From the NCBI GenBank assembly GCA_965208325.1, contig OZ242326.1:2496001-2560000 (forward strand): a stretch of DNA of 64,000 nucleotides, written 5' to 3'. Every line of letters begins with the position of its first letter. Position 1 is the first letter of the stretch. Shown piece after piece: positions 10,209 through 19,354 of the stretch. The notes under the pieces were generated by a model. It saw only the letters and a list, made by a program, of their open reading frames with translations, had not been told where the DNA came from and ran no database searches. Source of the DNA: Candidatus Poribacteria bacterium (GTDB lineage Bacteria; Poribacteria; WGA-4E; PCPOR2b). Position numbers and translations under genes: made by a program.

Positions 10209-10356
10209 GATATTTTACCCATCATATCATTCTAGCCTAACCGCGTCAACAGAAAATCTAAAATTTCAGAAATCACCGTTGACGGATTAGAGCTATTCTG
10301 ATAGGCTGCAACTGCTTTGATTTCTGAGTTCAATCCCTCTTTGTAAAGGAAGACTT

Positions 10357-11199
10357 ATGCAGATTGGAATTTTCGCGAAGACGTTCATTCGCCCAACGCT
10401 TGAAGAAACCTTGGATGCTGTGAAGGCATACGGATTGGGTTGCGTACAATTCAACATGGTATGCGCCGGGCTGCCGTCTATGCCTGACCGCATAAAGGTT
10501 GAACACTGCGACGCCATACGCCGAGAGATGTCATCGCGGGATGTTACGATGGCAGCAGTGTCCGGTACGTTCAACATGATTCACCCCGATGTTCAGAACC
10601 GCCGCACCGGGCTGCGGCGGCTGCGTGAACTCGCATCTGTGTGCAATCGGCTTGGCACATCGGTGATTACGCTGTGCACAGGCACGCGGGATCCCGAAAA
10701 CATGTGGCGCCGCCACCCTGAAAACGATTCGCCGCAGGCGTGGAAAGACCTGATCACATCAATGAGGGAAGCGTTGCAAATTGCAGAAGAACACGGCGTC
10801 ACACTCGCTATTGAACCCGAAGTGTCGAATGTAGTGGATTCAGCGGGGAAAGGCCGCCGTCTGCTTGATGAGATGCAGTCGCCGTATTTGAAAGTGGTGA
10901 TGGATGCCGCCAACATCTTTCACACTGGCGAACTGCCGCGCATGCGCGAAATTCTTGACGAGGCGTTCGCTCTCTTAGGCGAGTATATCGTTATTGCACA
11001 TGCCAAAGACTTGAGCCGTGATGGCGAAGCGGGGGATGTAGCCGCCGGTCGAGGCGTATTGGATTACGACTATTATCTGTCCCTGCTACACAGAACCGGA
11101 TTCGACGGCCCCTTGATACTTCACGGCCTTGCGGAAGCAGAGGTTCAAGAAAGTGTGAATTTCCTTCGTGGGAAACTTCAGGGTGTAGATAAGAACTGA
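10357..11199 (+). CDS. Sugar phosphate isomerase/epimerase (AP endonuclease 2 TIM barrel)
   Basis: LAIEPE, VVMDAAN, AHAKD, GRGVLDY metal-binding pattern. Confidence 0.87.
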   Translation: MQIGIFAKTFIRPTLEETLDAVKAYGLGCVQFNMVCAGLPSMPDRIKVEHCDAIRREMSSRDVTMAAVSGTFNMIHPDVQNRRTGLRRLRELASVCNRLGTSVITLCTGTRDPENMWRRHPENDSPQAWKDLITSMREALQIAEEHGVTLAIEPEVSNVVDSAGKGRRLLDEMQSPYLKVVMDAANIFHTGELPRMREILDEAFALLGEYIVIAHAKDLSRDGEAGDVAAGRGVLDYDYYLSLLHRTGFDGPLILHGLAEAEVQESVNFLRGKLQGVDKN

Positions 11200-11232
11200 T
11201 TCTCTCTTGTTTTTTCATTTATGAATGTATTT

Positions 11233-11260
11233 GCCCCGCGGTTGGAAACCGCACCTACCG
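11233..11260 (-). repeat. GTAG-type REP palindrome (related copy 26592-26619, + strand)
   Basis: Minus strand CGGTAGGTGCGGTTTCCAACCGCGG versus CGGTAGGTGCGGTTTCCTAACCGCACCG at 26592. Both lie just downstream of a gene stop. Confidence 0.75.
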
Positions 11261-11432
11261 AAATGTGTGTAAGGAGTTTTCGGCTAGCAGAGCGATGCCG
11301 TTGAGACATCATTCGGTTAATCTAACATAAAATACGGCAATCACATCTACACATGAATCGCCCCGTCAATCGCTCTTTTTCATAGTGATTCAAGTAATAA
11401 TACGTTGAGATTTGCGACCCACCGGATTTTCC

Positions 11433-11462
11433 TTGACACACACTTCCCGGTTATGATACCCT
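11433..11462 (+). promoter_or_regulatory. Putative sigma70 promoter of the leader-hisI-trpE-trpG operon
   Basis: TTGACA (11433-11438), 18 nt, then TACCCT preceded by TG (extended -10). Confidence 0.5.
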
Positions 11463-11491
11463 TTAGCAAATAGCAGCGAAAGGCAAGGCTG

Positions 11492-11593
11492 ATGAAATTT
11501 TCGAATCTCCTCCTCCATTCCAATACGGCAACACACAACTGGCATTGGTGGCATTCAATCTGGAGTCGGAGGAGTATGCCTTTGCTGAAATAG
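11492..11593 (+). CDS. Attenuator leader peptide, His- and Trp-rich (33 aa)
   Basis: Manual translation MKFSNLLLHSNTATHNWHWWHSIWSRRSMPLLK*: 4 His and 4 Trp, core HNWHWWHSIW; AAGG upstream. Below the ORF-track length cutoff. Confidence 0.88.
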   Translation: MKFSNLLLHSNTATHNWHWWHSIWSRRSMPLLK

Positions 11594-11636
11594 AATCCGT
11601 ATTCATTTGATAGTTTTTAGCCGTAGGCATACGTCC
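11571..11636 (+). promoter_or_regulatory. Antiterminator stem of the attenuator
   Basis: GGA-GTATGCCT (11571-11581) is complementary to AGGCATAC-g-TCC (11625-11636), which overlaps the terminator 5' arm. Confidence 0.8.
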
Positions 11637-11656
11637 CGTTGTCTACGGCTTTTTTT
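11619..11656 (+). terminator. Intrinsic terminator (attenuator) upstream of hisI
   Basis: Stem AGCCGTAGGCA / TGTCTACGGCT (11 bp with one G-U), 10-nt loop, T-run to 11656; ~30 nt before the hisI start. Confidence 0.9.
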
Positions 11657-11683
11657 ATGCCAACTGTTAGGAGGAAAATCTCG

Positions 11684-12067
11684 ATGCAAATGCTTGACGA
11701 ACTCAAATTCGATTCAAACGGACTCATCCCGGCAATCATACAAGATTACGAGAACAACGACGTACTGATGATGGGTTACATGAACCGAGAAGCGGTGCGG
11801 CGAACGCTTGAATCAGGGCGCGTCACGTTCTGGAGCCGCTCCCGCCAGAAATACTGGGTAAAGGGGGAGACTTCGGGGCACACCCAAGATGTACGCTCGC
11901 TAGCTTTCGATTGCGATGCGGACACGCTTCTCATCAAGGTCGTGCAGAAAGGCGGGGCATGCCACGTAGGGTACCGCTCCTGTTTTTTCCGGGAAGTCTC
12001 CCCCAACGGCAATTCGGCACGCATCGTTGGTACAAAAGTTTTTGACCCGGGCGCAGTTTATTCGTAA
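11684..12067 (+). CDS. hisI: Phosphoribosyl-AMP cyclohydrolase
   Basis: [54 protein letters not shown]. Start after the AGGAGG RBS. Confidence 0.96.
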   Translation: MQMLDELKFDSNGLIPAIIQDYENNDVLMMGYMNREAVRRTLESGRVTFWSRSRQKYWVKGETSGHTQDVRSLAFDCDADTLLIKVVQKGGACHVGYRSCFFREVSPNGNSARIVGTKVFDPGAVYS

Positions 12068-12145
12068 CCGTGTGGGAGCGGTTTGATGGCCGCAACCAAT
12101 GCCGACATTTGACGGGGCGCCCACAGTTAGCAAGGAGGCTTCTCA

Positions 12146-13630
12146 ATGTATTATCCGACTTTGGAATATTTTCGAGAAAAAGCGCAACACGGCAATTTGA
12201 TTCCCGTTTACAAATCCATCTTGGCGGATATGGAAACCCCTGTATCCGCATTTTACAAAATCGGCGGAGATGAATACGCCTTCCTTTTGGAAAGCGTCGA
12301 AGGCGGGGAAAATCTCGCTCGATACTCCTTCCTCGGCGCAAATCCGTCCACCCTGTTTCAGAGCAAGGGGAATCAGATTAAAATCACGGATGTGCGAACC
12401 GGCAAGATCGTCGAGTGTGAATCGAGGGACGCGCTCACTCAACTCGAAGCACTGATGACTCGCTACCAACCGGTGCAGGTCGAAGGACTGTCCCATTTCC
12501 ACGGCGGGGTTGTGGGCTACCTCAGTTATGATGTCGTGCGGTTGGTCGAAGAATTACCCGATTGCACCGAGGATGACCGGGATTTACCTGATTGCTATTT
12601 CATGACCGCCGATACACTCTTGGTCTTCGACCACGTGAACCACCGGATCAAGGTCATCGCCAACGCACATATTGATGGTGATGTTGACGCAGCGTATGCA
12701 GATGCAATCAACCGAATTGACGTGTTGATTGCGAAACTCAAGCGTCCGCTTCGCACGAATCCCGGCAAGAAAGCGCCAGAGGATAACACCCAAAAACAGA
12801 TTACATCGAATTTCACGAAAGCAGGTTACGAATCTGTCGTCCTTCGCGCGAAGGAGTACGTCGCTGCGGGGGACATCATTCAAGTCGTTCCGTCACAACG
12901 GTTCAGCCGACCGATTTCTGTCGATGCCTTTGAAATCTACCGCGCGCTGCGCACGGTCAATCCCTCGCCCTATATGTACTATCTCAAATTCGCCGGCATC
13001 CAGATTGTTGGGGCTTCGCCGGAGATGATGGTGCGTGTAGAGAACGGACGCGCAGAGACCCGCCCAATCGCGGGTACGAGACCTCGCGGACGCACCCCCG
13101 CCGAAGACGCCGCACTCGCTGAAGAGTTGCTCGCCGATCCGAAGGAACGCGCGGAACATGTGATGCTCGTTGATCTGGGGCGAAACGACCTCGGCAGAGT
13201 CTGCGAATACCACACGGTTCGTGTGAGCGAGATGATGGTAATCGAGCGCTATTCGCATGTCATGCACATCGCGTCGCACGTCGAAGGGCAATTGCGCGAG
13301 GGACAGACCGCTTTTGATGTCATCCGCGCCTGCCTCCCCGCCGGAACGCTGTCCGGAGCACCGAAGATTCGGGCGATGGAGATTATTGAGGAACTCGAGC
13401 CGACGCGGCGGGGACCCTACGGGGGAGCGGTCGGTTACTTTAGTTTCTCCGGCAGCGCAGACACGGCGATTACGATTCGTACCCTCGTCGTCGTGGATGG
13501 TGTTGCCTACATCCAGGCTGGCGCCGGCATCGTTGCGGACTCTGTACCCGAATTCGAATTCGAGGAAACGCTGAACAAGGCGCAGGCGGGATTGAGAGCC
13601 ATTGAATTTGCGGAGGCGGGACTGGAATAA
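12146..13630 (+). CDS. trpE: Anthranilate synthase component I
   Basis: ADMETPV, FLLESVEGG (Trp feedback site), NPSPYMY, GASPE, PIAGTRPRG, KERAEHVMLVDLGRND, PAGTLSGAPK. Confidence 0.96.
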   Translation: MYYPTLEYFREKAQHGNLIPVYKSILADMETPVSAFYKIGGDEYAFLLESVEGGENLARYSFLGANPSTLFQSKGNQIKITDVRTGKIVECESRDALTQLEALMTRYQPVQVEGLSHFHGGVVGYLSYDVVRLVEELPDCTEDDRDLPDCYFMTADTLLVFDHVNHRIKVIANAHIDGDVDAAYADAINRIDVLIAKLKRPLRTNPGKKAPEDNTQKQITSNFTKAGYESVVLRAKEYVAAGDIIQVVPSQRFSRPISVDAFEIYRALRTVNPSPYMYYLKFAGIQIVGASPEMMVRVENGRAETRPIAGTRPRGRTPAEDAALAEELLADPKERAEHVMLVDLGRNDLGRVCEYHTVRVSEMMVIERYSHVMHIASHVEGQLREGQTAFDVIRACLPAGTLSGAPKIRAMEIIEELEPTRRGPYGGAVGYFSFSGSADTAITIRTLVVVDGVAYIQAGAGIVADSVPEFEFEETLNKAQAGLRAIEFAEAGLE

Positions 13631-13693
13631 GCGTTTTTTAAATCGGAAAAAAGATGTGAGAAACTACAGGCATACTTAATTAAGGAAAAAACT

Positions 13694-14257
13694 ATGGTAC
13701 TCATGATTGACAACTACGACTCATTCACTTACAACCTCGTCCAATATCTCGGCGAACTAGGGGCGAATCTTGTTGTCCACCGCAACGACAAAATTTCTAT
13801 TGAACAGGTTGAAGACCTCGCACCTGAGAAAATTGTAATTTCGCCGGGCCCCTGCACGCCGCGCCAGGCAGGCATCTCCTGCGAGTTGATTCGTCGCTTT
13901 GCCGGCCGCTTGCCGCTGCTCGGCGTCTGCTTGGGGCATCAGTGCATCAGCGAAGCCTTCGGCGGCGACGTTGTGCGGGCGGAGCGGCTGATGCATGGCA
14001 AAACATCTATGATTCACCACGACGGCGAGGAAATTTTCGACGAACTGGAAAACCCGTTTGAGGCGACGCGCTACCATTCGCTCATCGTGAAAAAGGAGAC
14101 GCTGCCAGACTGTTTTAAACTCACGGCATGGACCGACCAAGACGAAATTATGGGAATCCGGCACAAGGAACATCCAATCTGGGGTGTGCAATTTCATCCG
14201 GAATCAATTCTGACACACGCCGGTAAACCGCTATTGCAAAATTTCTTGCAAATTTAA
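13694..14257 (+). CDS. trpG: Anthranilate/aminodeoxychorismate synthase component II (glutamine amidotransferase)
   Basis: [40 protein letters not shown]; may be a shared TrpG/PabA. Confidence 0.94.
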   Translation: MVLMIDNYDSFTYNLVQYLGELGANLVVHRNDKISIEQVEDLAPEKIVISPGPCTPRQAGISCELIRRFAGRLPLLGVCLGHQCISEAFGGDVVRAERLMHGKTSMIHHDGEEIFDELENPFEATRYHSLIVKKETLPDCFKLTAWTDQDEIMGIRHKEHPIWGVQFHPESILTHAGKPLLQNFLQI

Positions 14258-14355
14258 CATGAAGCCCCGAATGTTTCTGGATTTATCATCGTTTCTTTGG
14301 TATAGTATCATATACTTTTGTTACCTAATCTTCCATTCAGTGACGGATTATACAG

Positions 14356-15762
14356 ATGCCGGACCTTAGCAACATTGATGAAAACCTCGTTCAGAAATTA
14401 TGGAATGATCGACGCTTTTTTGACTTTGAGTTGAAGGCGACGGACGGACGTACTTTGCAAGTGCTGAAAACCGGGCAGTGGAATCATAACGAGGGGCCCG
14501 ACTTCGCTGGAGCTGAAATTCTAGTCAATGGGAAGTTGTTAACGGGTGATATTGAGATTCACGTTTCTTCATCCAATTGGTACGATCACAAGCATCATCT
14601 CGACTCAAAGTATAACCGCGCCGTTCTGCATGTTGTTTTTTGGGATGACGATATCAATCTGCGTACTCGGACTCAAAACGGCAATCGGATTCCGACGTTA
14701 GAACTGTCTCACCGGCTCGACACACCTTTGGTTGAACTAATCGACGAATACAACAATCCAAAGGCGGATCAGCTGGAATGCCGAATAACAGGCAGAAGGC
14801 TGAAGATTGAACCGCTCAAGTCGGTTTTCGATCAACTCGGACAAGAGCGGCTCATCGCACACAAAGAGGCGATGCAAGCGCTGCGCGTTTCGGTCGATTT
14901 TGAGCAGTTGCTCTACGCGGGAATCATGGATGCGCTGGGGTACAAATTAAACCGCGAATCCTTTCGGGAACTTGCGCAACGCGTTCCCATCTCGCAACTG
15001 ATGGGCAAGTCGAATGAGGAAATTCAAGCGATACTGCTCGGGGTTGCGGGCTTACTCCCCTCGCAATCTAGGTTTCCCCATCCCGGCGAAGCCGATACAC
15101 CGTTCATATCTCAGTTAGAAACACTATGGGCTGCTTCTGCGCAATACGAGAATTCCAATCAAATGTCGGGGGATGTGTGGCGGTTCGGAAACACGCGGCC
15201 GCCGAACTACCCCACTCGCCGCATCGCCGCGATGGGTATGCTGATTAATTCCCGGACGGATAGCTTGATGGCGGAATTCGTTCCCCACATCGAAGCCGCA
15301 GCCACGACTGACAAGAGTGGCTTGCTACGAATACGGCGTGAACTGTCAGCGTTATTAATGATTCCCGCCGCCGGTTACTGGTCGAGCCATTCCCATTTTG
15401 GGAAAGGAATTTCACCGGCGGGAACGGCAATGATTGGGAAACCACGGGCTTCTGACATTATCATCAACACGTTGCTGCCGCTGGCGCTTGTATGGGCGGA
15501 AGAGTCGCAGAGTTCCAGATTGTCTGACGCGGTTCAAAAACTCTACGACCGCCATCCAAAACTTCAGGACAACCGTATAACCAAAGACCTTACCGCCCAA
15601 ATCTTCACCGAACAACAACCTATCCAGAGCATCTCACCCACCGCCAAAAAGCAACAGGGAGCAATCTACCTCCACGAAAACTTCTGCAAAAGCCAACTCT
15701 GTGAACTCTGTCCAATCTTCAACAGCGGCGCGGTAGACGACAACGTCGCCCCCAATCCTTAA
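14356..15762 (+). CDS. DUF2851 family protein
   Basis: G.WN...GPDF, GDIEIH..SSNWYDHKHHLD..YN..VLHVV, RPPNYPTRRIA, C-terminal C-x4-C-x2-C. Confidence 0.82.
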   Translation: MPDLSNIDENLVQKLWNDRRFFDFELKATDGRTLQVLKTGQWNHNEGPDFAGAEILVNGKLLTGDIEIHVSSSNWYDHKHHLDSKYNRAVLHVVFWDDDINLRTRTQNGNRIPTLELSHRLDTPLVELIDEYNNPKADQLECRITGRRLKIEPLKSVFDQLGQERLIAHKEAMQALRVSVDFEQLLYAGIMDALGYKLNRESFRELAQRVPISQLMGKSNEEIQAILLGVAGLLPSQSRFPHPGEADTPFISQLETLWAASAQYENSNQMSGDVWRFGNTRPPNYPTRRIAAMGMLINSRTDSLMAEFVPHIEAAATTDKSGLLRIRRELSALLMIPAAGYWSSHSHFGKGISPAGTAMIGKPRASDIIINTLLPLALVWAEESQSSRLSDAVQKLYDRHPKLQDNRITKDLTAQIFTEQQPIQSISPTAKKQQGAIYLHENFCKSQLCELCPIFNSGAVDDNVAPNP

Positions 15763-15769
15763 AGTGCTA

Positions 15770-15815
15770 GTAGGTTGGGTTCAGCTATCAGTTGAGCGGA
15801 TGGGGAAGGCGATAG
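15770..15815 (+). repeat. GTAG-initiated 23-mer repeat element, copy 1 (left edge of accessory island)
   Basis: GTAGGTTGGGT...ATCAGTTGAGCGGATGGGGAA-GGCGATAG; homologous to copies at 16241, 19165, 21694, 23592, 25037, 25150. Confidence 0.6.
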
Positions 15816-15877
15816 ACATAATTGCGCAGTCCAAGGGGAATTGGAATGATAGCGCTGCCGACAATTCAGTGTTTAAA

Positions 15878-15914
15878 GGGAGCGACACCGCCAGGTGTCT
15901 CCCCCTTTTTTTTT
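15878..15914 (+). terminator. Intrinsic terminator
   Basis: GGGAgcGACACC-gcca-GGTGTCTCCC stem followed by 9 T. Confidence 0.8.
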
Positions 15915-16240
15915 CAGGGAAAAATTAGAAAAGAAACGCAATGAAAAATTGGCGATTTACGGGCGAGGCGAGGTTGGTGGTTACCTTTTTTCGAAATGCA
16001 CCGGCCCGCTTGTGGTGCGGGTTCATTGAAATCGTGAGGTAACCAAAAGGTAACCAAGAAAAAAGATCTTTACGTCTTTTGAGACGATTAACATGCGAAA
16101 TTATTAGCATAGTATATAGGAGCAATTTAAGGCTTTCACAGGCAGCGGATTGAAGGGTATGTCAAGGCAATCGAGACGCTAAAAGGGCGGAGCATTTCCC
16201 TGAAGAGTTCGGAACTGGTGGATTTTCAATCTCAGGGAAT

Positions 16241-16376
16241 GTTGATTGGGTTAAGCGACCGATCATGGAGCGAACAAGCGAGCGAGTAGCGCGTGCGATA
16301 GTCTTCTGCGACGAACTATTCCGAATACACAACGACGCTCTTGGCAAGAATCGTAAAGCGTAACCCAACGCTTTTC
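16241..16376 (+). repeat. REP-like composite element (TTGGGTTAAGCG ... GCGTAACCCAACGCTTTTC) containing degenerate 23-mer units
   Basis: Arms TTGGGTTA / TAACCCAA; internal GAGCGAAC..GAGCGAGTAGCGCGTGCGATAGTCTTCTGCGA. Confidence 0.65.
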
Positions 16377-16473
16377 ATGTCTCTCAATTTCTAAGCGACC
16401 AGCCGTTGTATTGCGTTCGCCAAGGAAATAAAGCACCGTATAACCAAGGCACAACCCATCGAGGACCACAAAC

Positions 16474-16799
16474 ATGAATACTGATACGAAATCAATTTGG
16501 TTACCCCAAGCCATTGTCATTGCGACGTTAATGGCCGCTCCTTTTTTGATGGATTCTGACGTGTATTTCGGATTGCTCAAATTGGTTTGCTGTCCGGTCT
16601 TCGCGTATCTTGCATATCACGCGTGGAAATTAAAAAAAATGCTTGGGTTTGGGTTCTTGGGATTACCGCAGTTATATTCAATCCCATTATCCGGGTATAC
16701 TCAATTTGGGACATGTCGCTACTTGTCGTCTTGGCTAGTATTGGAATAGCCTTCGCCTCGCTCTTCGTGTTGAATTCCAATAATGAGGAAAAAGAGTAA
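16474..16799 (+). pseudogene. DUF6804-like small membrane protein, frameshifted in a poly-A tract
   Basis: ...YFGLLKLVCCPVFAYLAYHAWKLKK continues as NAWVWVLGITAVIFNPII in another frame; A8 at 16632-16639 needs A9 to join them. Confidence 0.7.
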
Positions 16800-16829
16800 C
16801 CGTAAACTCGTTAATGAAAGGATATTAAA

Positions 16830-17048
16830 ATGATACCCTTTATAGTGTTTATTGCATCGTTAGTTTATTTTACCTGTTTAAGTGTAATGCTAACGGCGTC
16901 GTTAAAAATTTCGTCGGGCACCGCTGAAATCAGTGATTTAGTCATAACGTGGGGTTTTATCCTTTGTACGTCTGGGTTTTTTGCTCTCATTGCTTGGTCC
17001 TGGTCTCAAGGAAAGAATCAGACCAAGGATCAGTCCAATTCAAATTGA
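16830..17048 (+). CDS. Small hypothetical membrane protein (2 TM)
   Basis: AAGGA RBS; two hydrophobic stretches. Confidence 0.55.
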   Translation: MIPFIVFIASLVYFTCLSVMLTASLKISSGTAEISDLVITWGFILCTSGFFALIAWSWSQGKNQTKDQSNSN

Positions 17049-17333
17049 CCCACAGCGCCGGCACCTAACACGCCAGAAGGCACATTAACCCGGTAGTAGT
17101 CAGCGCGCGAAGGGAGAACTTACCACCATATTTTGGACATGGATGTACGAGGCACAAGGTGGTAAAGTGTTAACGGGAGTGCCCCAACTGATTGGACACG
17201 AAATTGCCGATGTTAAGAAGGTATTTTGAAGTTTCGGACTCACATACAACTGCGTTAGTGCTGCGTAGTTGATTCAAGATGAAAAACCGATTTGAGTTCT
17301 AGTGCGCATTTTACGCAGCCTCGAATTCAGCAG

Positions 17334-17528
17334 GTGAGCGTTGCCGTCGCTGTGGCGTAGCCGCACCGCAGCGACGGTTTCGAGGCGTGCAAGTACGCCA
17401 TGGGTCGGCTTAAGCAAGTTGTGCCAATCTGGAAGCGCGAAATCTGGGTTGAAGGCGCGGAGGAGTGGGTAAAGCCGGATCCTGTTTATTTTGATATCGA
17501 TTGGGGAGTGCGTAGGTCGGATGGATGA
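17334..17528 (+). pseudogene. moaE: Molybdopterin synthase catalytic subunit MoaE, 3' fragment with internal stop
   Basis: Manual translation [45 protein letters not shown] matches the MoaE C-terminal signature (HR..AF.AC...LK..VPIWK.E). TAG at 17358-17360; no 5' part. Confidence 0.85.
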
Positions 17529-17630
17529 CGCTTATAAAATCGCGATCAATGGTTGCAGATTTATTCCCCGTGATAGATTAGTCAGATTGTGAGCTTTCCA
17601 ATACCTCTCAATACTTAGACAATAGTATAA

Positions 17631-18152
17631 TCAGACATTGTTTCGCTCCGATAGAATCTCTCGGATTCTCGTCGGGAGTTTCCTAATGGGGATCATTTCA
17701 TCAAGCCGTTTTGTTAATTTAAACGTTACCCCTTGTCCTTCCGCCATCCGTGCCAATCTGCCTGCTTTACGTTCAGCAACCATTCCTTTACGCCACAGGT
17801 TGAATACTAAATCGTGCGGGCAAATCCCTAAGCAAAGTAGATAATCATACTCCCGATCCAATCGAACATGGTTGAACTGGAATGTTCCATTAGCCCCCAA
17901 TGAAGCTGTCTTGACCTCAAATTGAAGTGTACCAATTCGTATGTCCGTCTCTGAGGTACGGTCTCCGTTTTCGGCCTTGATCCCATTCTGTAGTAGATAC
18001 CGGTGAATGAACTCCTCTCCGATTTCGCCGCGATTTGTGTTGCCAAGCATTCGATACCGGATCAACGGAGAATCTCTCCAAATATCCTCAGGCGAATGCT
18101 CCCGAATGATTGAGACTAGCAGGTCAACTGGATTCACTTGGGAGGCTCCCAT
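17631..18152 (-). CDS. Putative type II restriction endonuclease (PD-(D/E)XK)
   Basis: GEIGEEF helix, TDIRI...FEVKTAS catalytic pattern, FQFNHVR..YDYL; overlaps the 3' end of the methyltransferase gene. Confidence 0.65.
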   Translation of the reverse strand: MGASQVNPVDLLVSIIREHSPEDIWRDSPLIRYRMLGNTNRGEIGEEFIHRYLLQNGIKAENGDRTSETDIRIGTLQFEVKTASLGANGTFQFNHVRLDREYDYLLCLGICPHDLVFNLWRKGMVAERKAGRLARMAEGQGVTFKLTKRLDEMIPIRKLPTRIREILSERNNV

Positions 18153-18994
18153 GCGCGTTTGTCTGATCCGCGTTTCCAGAATACCAGAAAGTACGAGTGG
18201 TTTTTTCGCGCATGAACCTGACGCACTGTTCGACTGACACCAGGCTTGTTCTGACGCATTACTACGAACAGGTCCTCCGCTACGAATCCAATCCGTTCAT
18301 AGGCTTGCATGATTTCAACATGAGTAAATCTCTGGCGATTGGCGCAGACCTCGTCTTGGCATTTCACGATTAGCACACCGCGCTCGCGCAGTACCCTATG
18401 TGCTTCCGCAGCAGCATCCTCGTAGAGCGACAGAACTGCCTCATGGTATTTCTTTGTAGTCCTGTTCCCGGTGCGGTTGTTTCTGTAGTGATGCTCGAAC
18501 GCCTGGTGAACGGTATGAGCCGTTCCTCCGGGAGAATGCATGTATGGCGGATCAAGCACAACGCAGTCGATTTCACCGTCTATGTAAGGAAGATCTCTGC
18601 AATCAACGCCGGTGAGGATGTCGGATGGCCTCAAACTATAAAGATCTTCAGGTATTCGCCTCCAAAATACGCCCTTCCCGTAGGTGACATCAGCGACTAT
18701 GCTGCCCGGAGCAACATACAAACCAATTACATGTCGGAAGACATCATCATTCCCTTCGGAATAGGCACTAAATACAAGATCGTTGGTCGGCTTGCCATTG
18801 CGAACCCGGCGACGTTCTCGCGTTGCTTGCGAAACTCCAGTAATAGTCAGTTGGTTCATGACTGTAATCCCAAATCCAGTCCCGCGTTTTGCGCTACCTT
18901 TAATGATACTTTCATCCGTAACGGCAACTAAAATTTCTTCAATAATTTCTTTATCGGAATTAGGTTCTGTTGACATTTCATCGCAACCGGACAA
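18134..18994 (-). CDS. Amino (m6A/m4C) DNA methyltransferase
   Basis: SAM-binding-like VADVTYGKGVFW followed by catalytic VLDPPY; EAHRVLR..GVLIVKCQD. Start codon uncertain. Confidence 0.8.
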   Translation of the reverse strand: MSGCDEMSTEPNSDKEIIEEILVAVTDESIIKGSAKRGTGFGITVMNQLTITGVSQATRERRRVRNGKPTNDLVFSAYSEGNDDVFRHVIGLYVAPGSIVADVTYGKGVFWRRIPEDLYSLRPSDILTGVDCRDLPYIDGEIDCVVLDPPYMHSPGGTAHTVHQAFEHHYRNNRTGNRTTKKYHEAVLSLYEDAAAEAHRVLRERGVLIVKCQDEVCANRQRFTHVEIMQAYERIGFVAEDLFVVMRQNKPGVSRTVRQVHARKNHSYFLVFWKRGSDKRAWEPPK

Positions 18995-19164
18995 TCAAGA
19001 ACGGTGCGCAGACACATGACCCTTCGTAGGGGTTGGGTCCCCCAACCCTTTTTTCACAATCAGATACGATTTCGGACTGCTGTAGGTTGTTCGACCAAAA
19101 TCGACTCAACCTGTATGGTTGGAAGTTCACTGCCCGCGTTGGTCAATGGGCGAGGTGACCTGAT

Positions 19165-19204
19165 AAACACTATCGCCCTCGCTATTCAATCGGTCGATCC
19201 CCTA
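19165..19204 (-). repeat. GTAG-initiated 23-mer repeat element
   Basis: Minus strand GTAGGGGATCGACCGATTGAATAGCGAG-GGCGATAGTGTTT. Confidence 0.65.
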
Positions 19205-19354
19205 CGATTACAGGCAGCTTCACATGAATGTCAACACGCCCTAGTAGTTTCTCACCCCAAGGTCAACTACTACTAATTCCATTGGAATACGTTTAAGGTT
19301 ATGGCACCGAAGTAGAGAAATGTTAGTGTCGTTGGATAGTATCAGCCGTGAACT

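Noticed and set aside
11465..11660. T-box riboswitch upstream of hisI-trpE
   Set aside because: No T-box consensus (GGTGGnACCGCG) or stem I motifs; the leader-peptide model explains the region.
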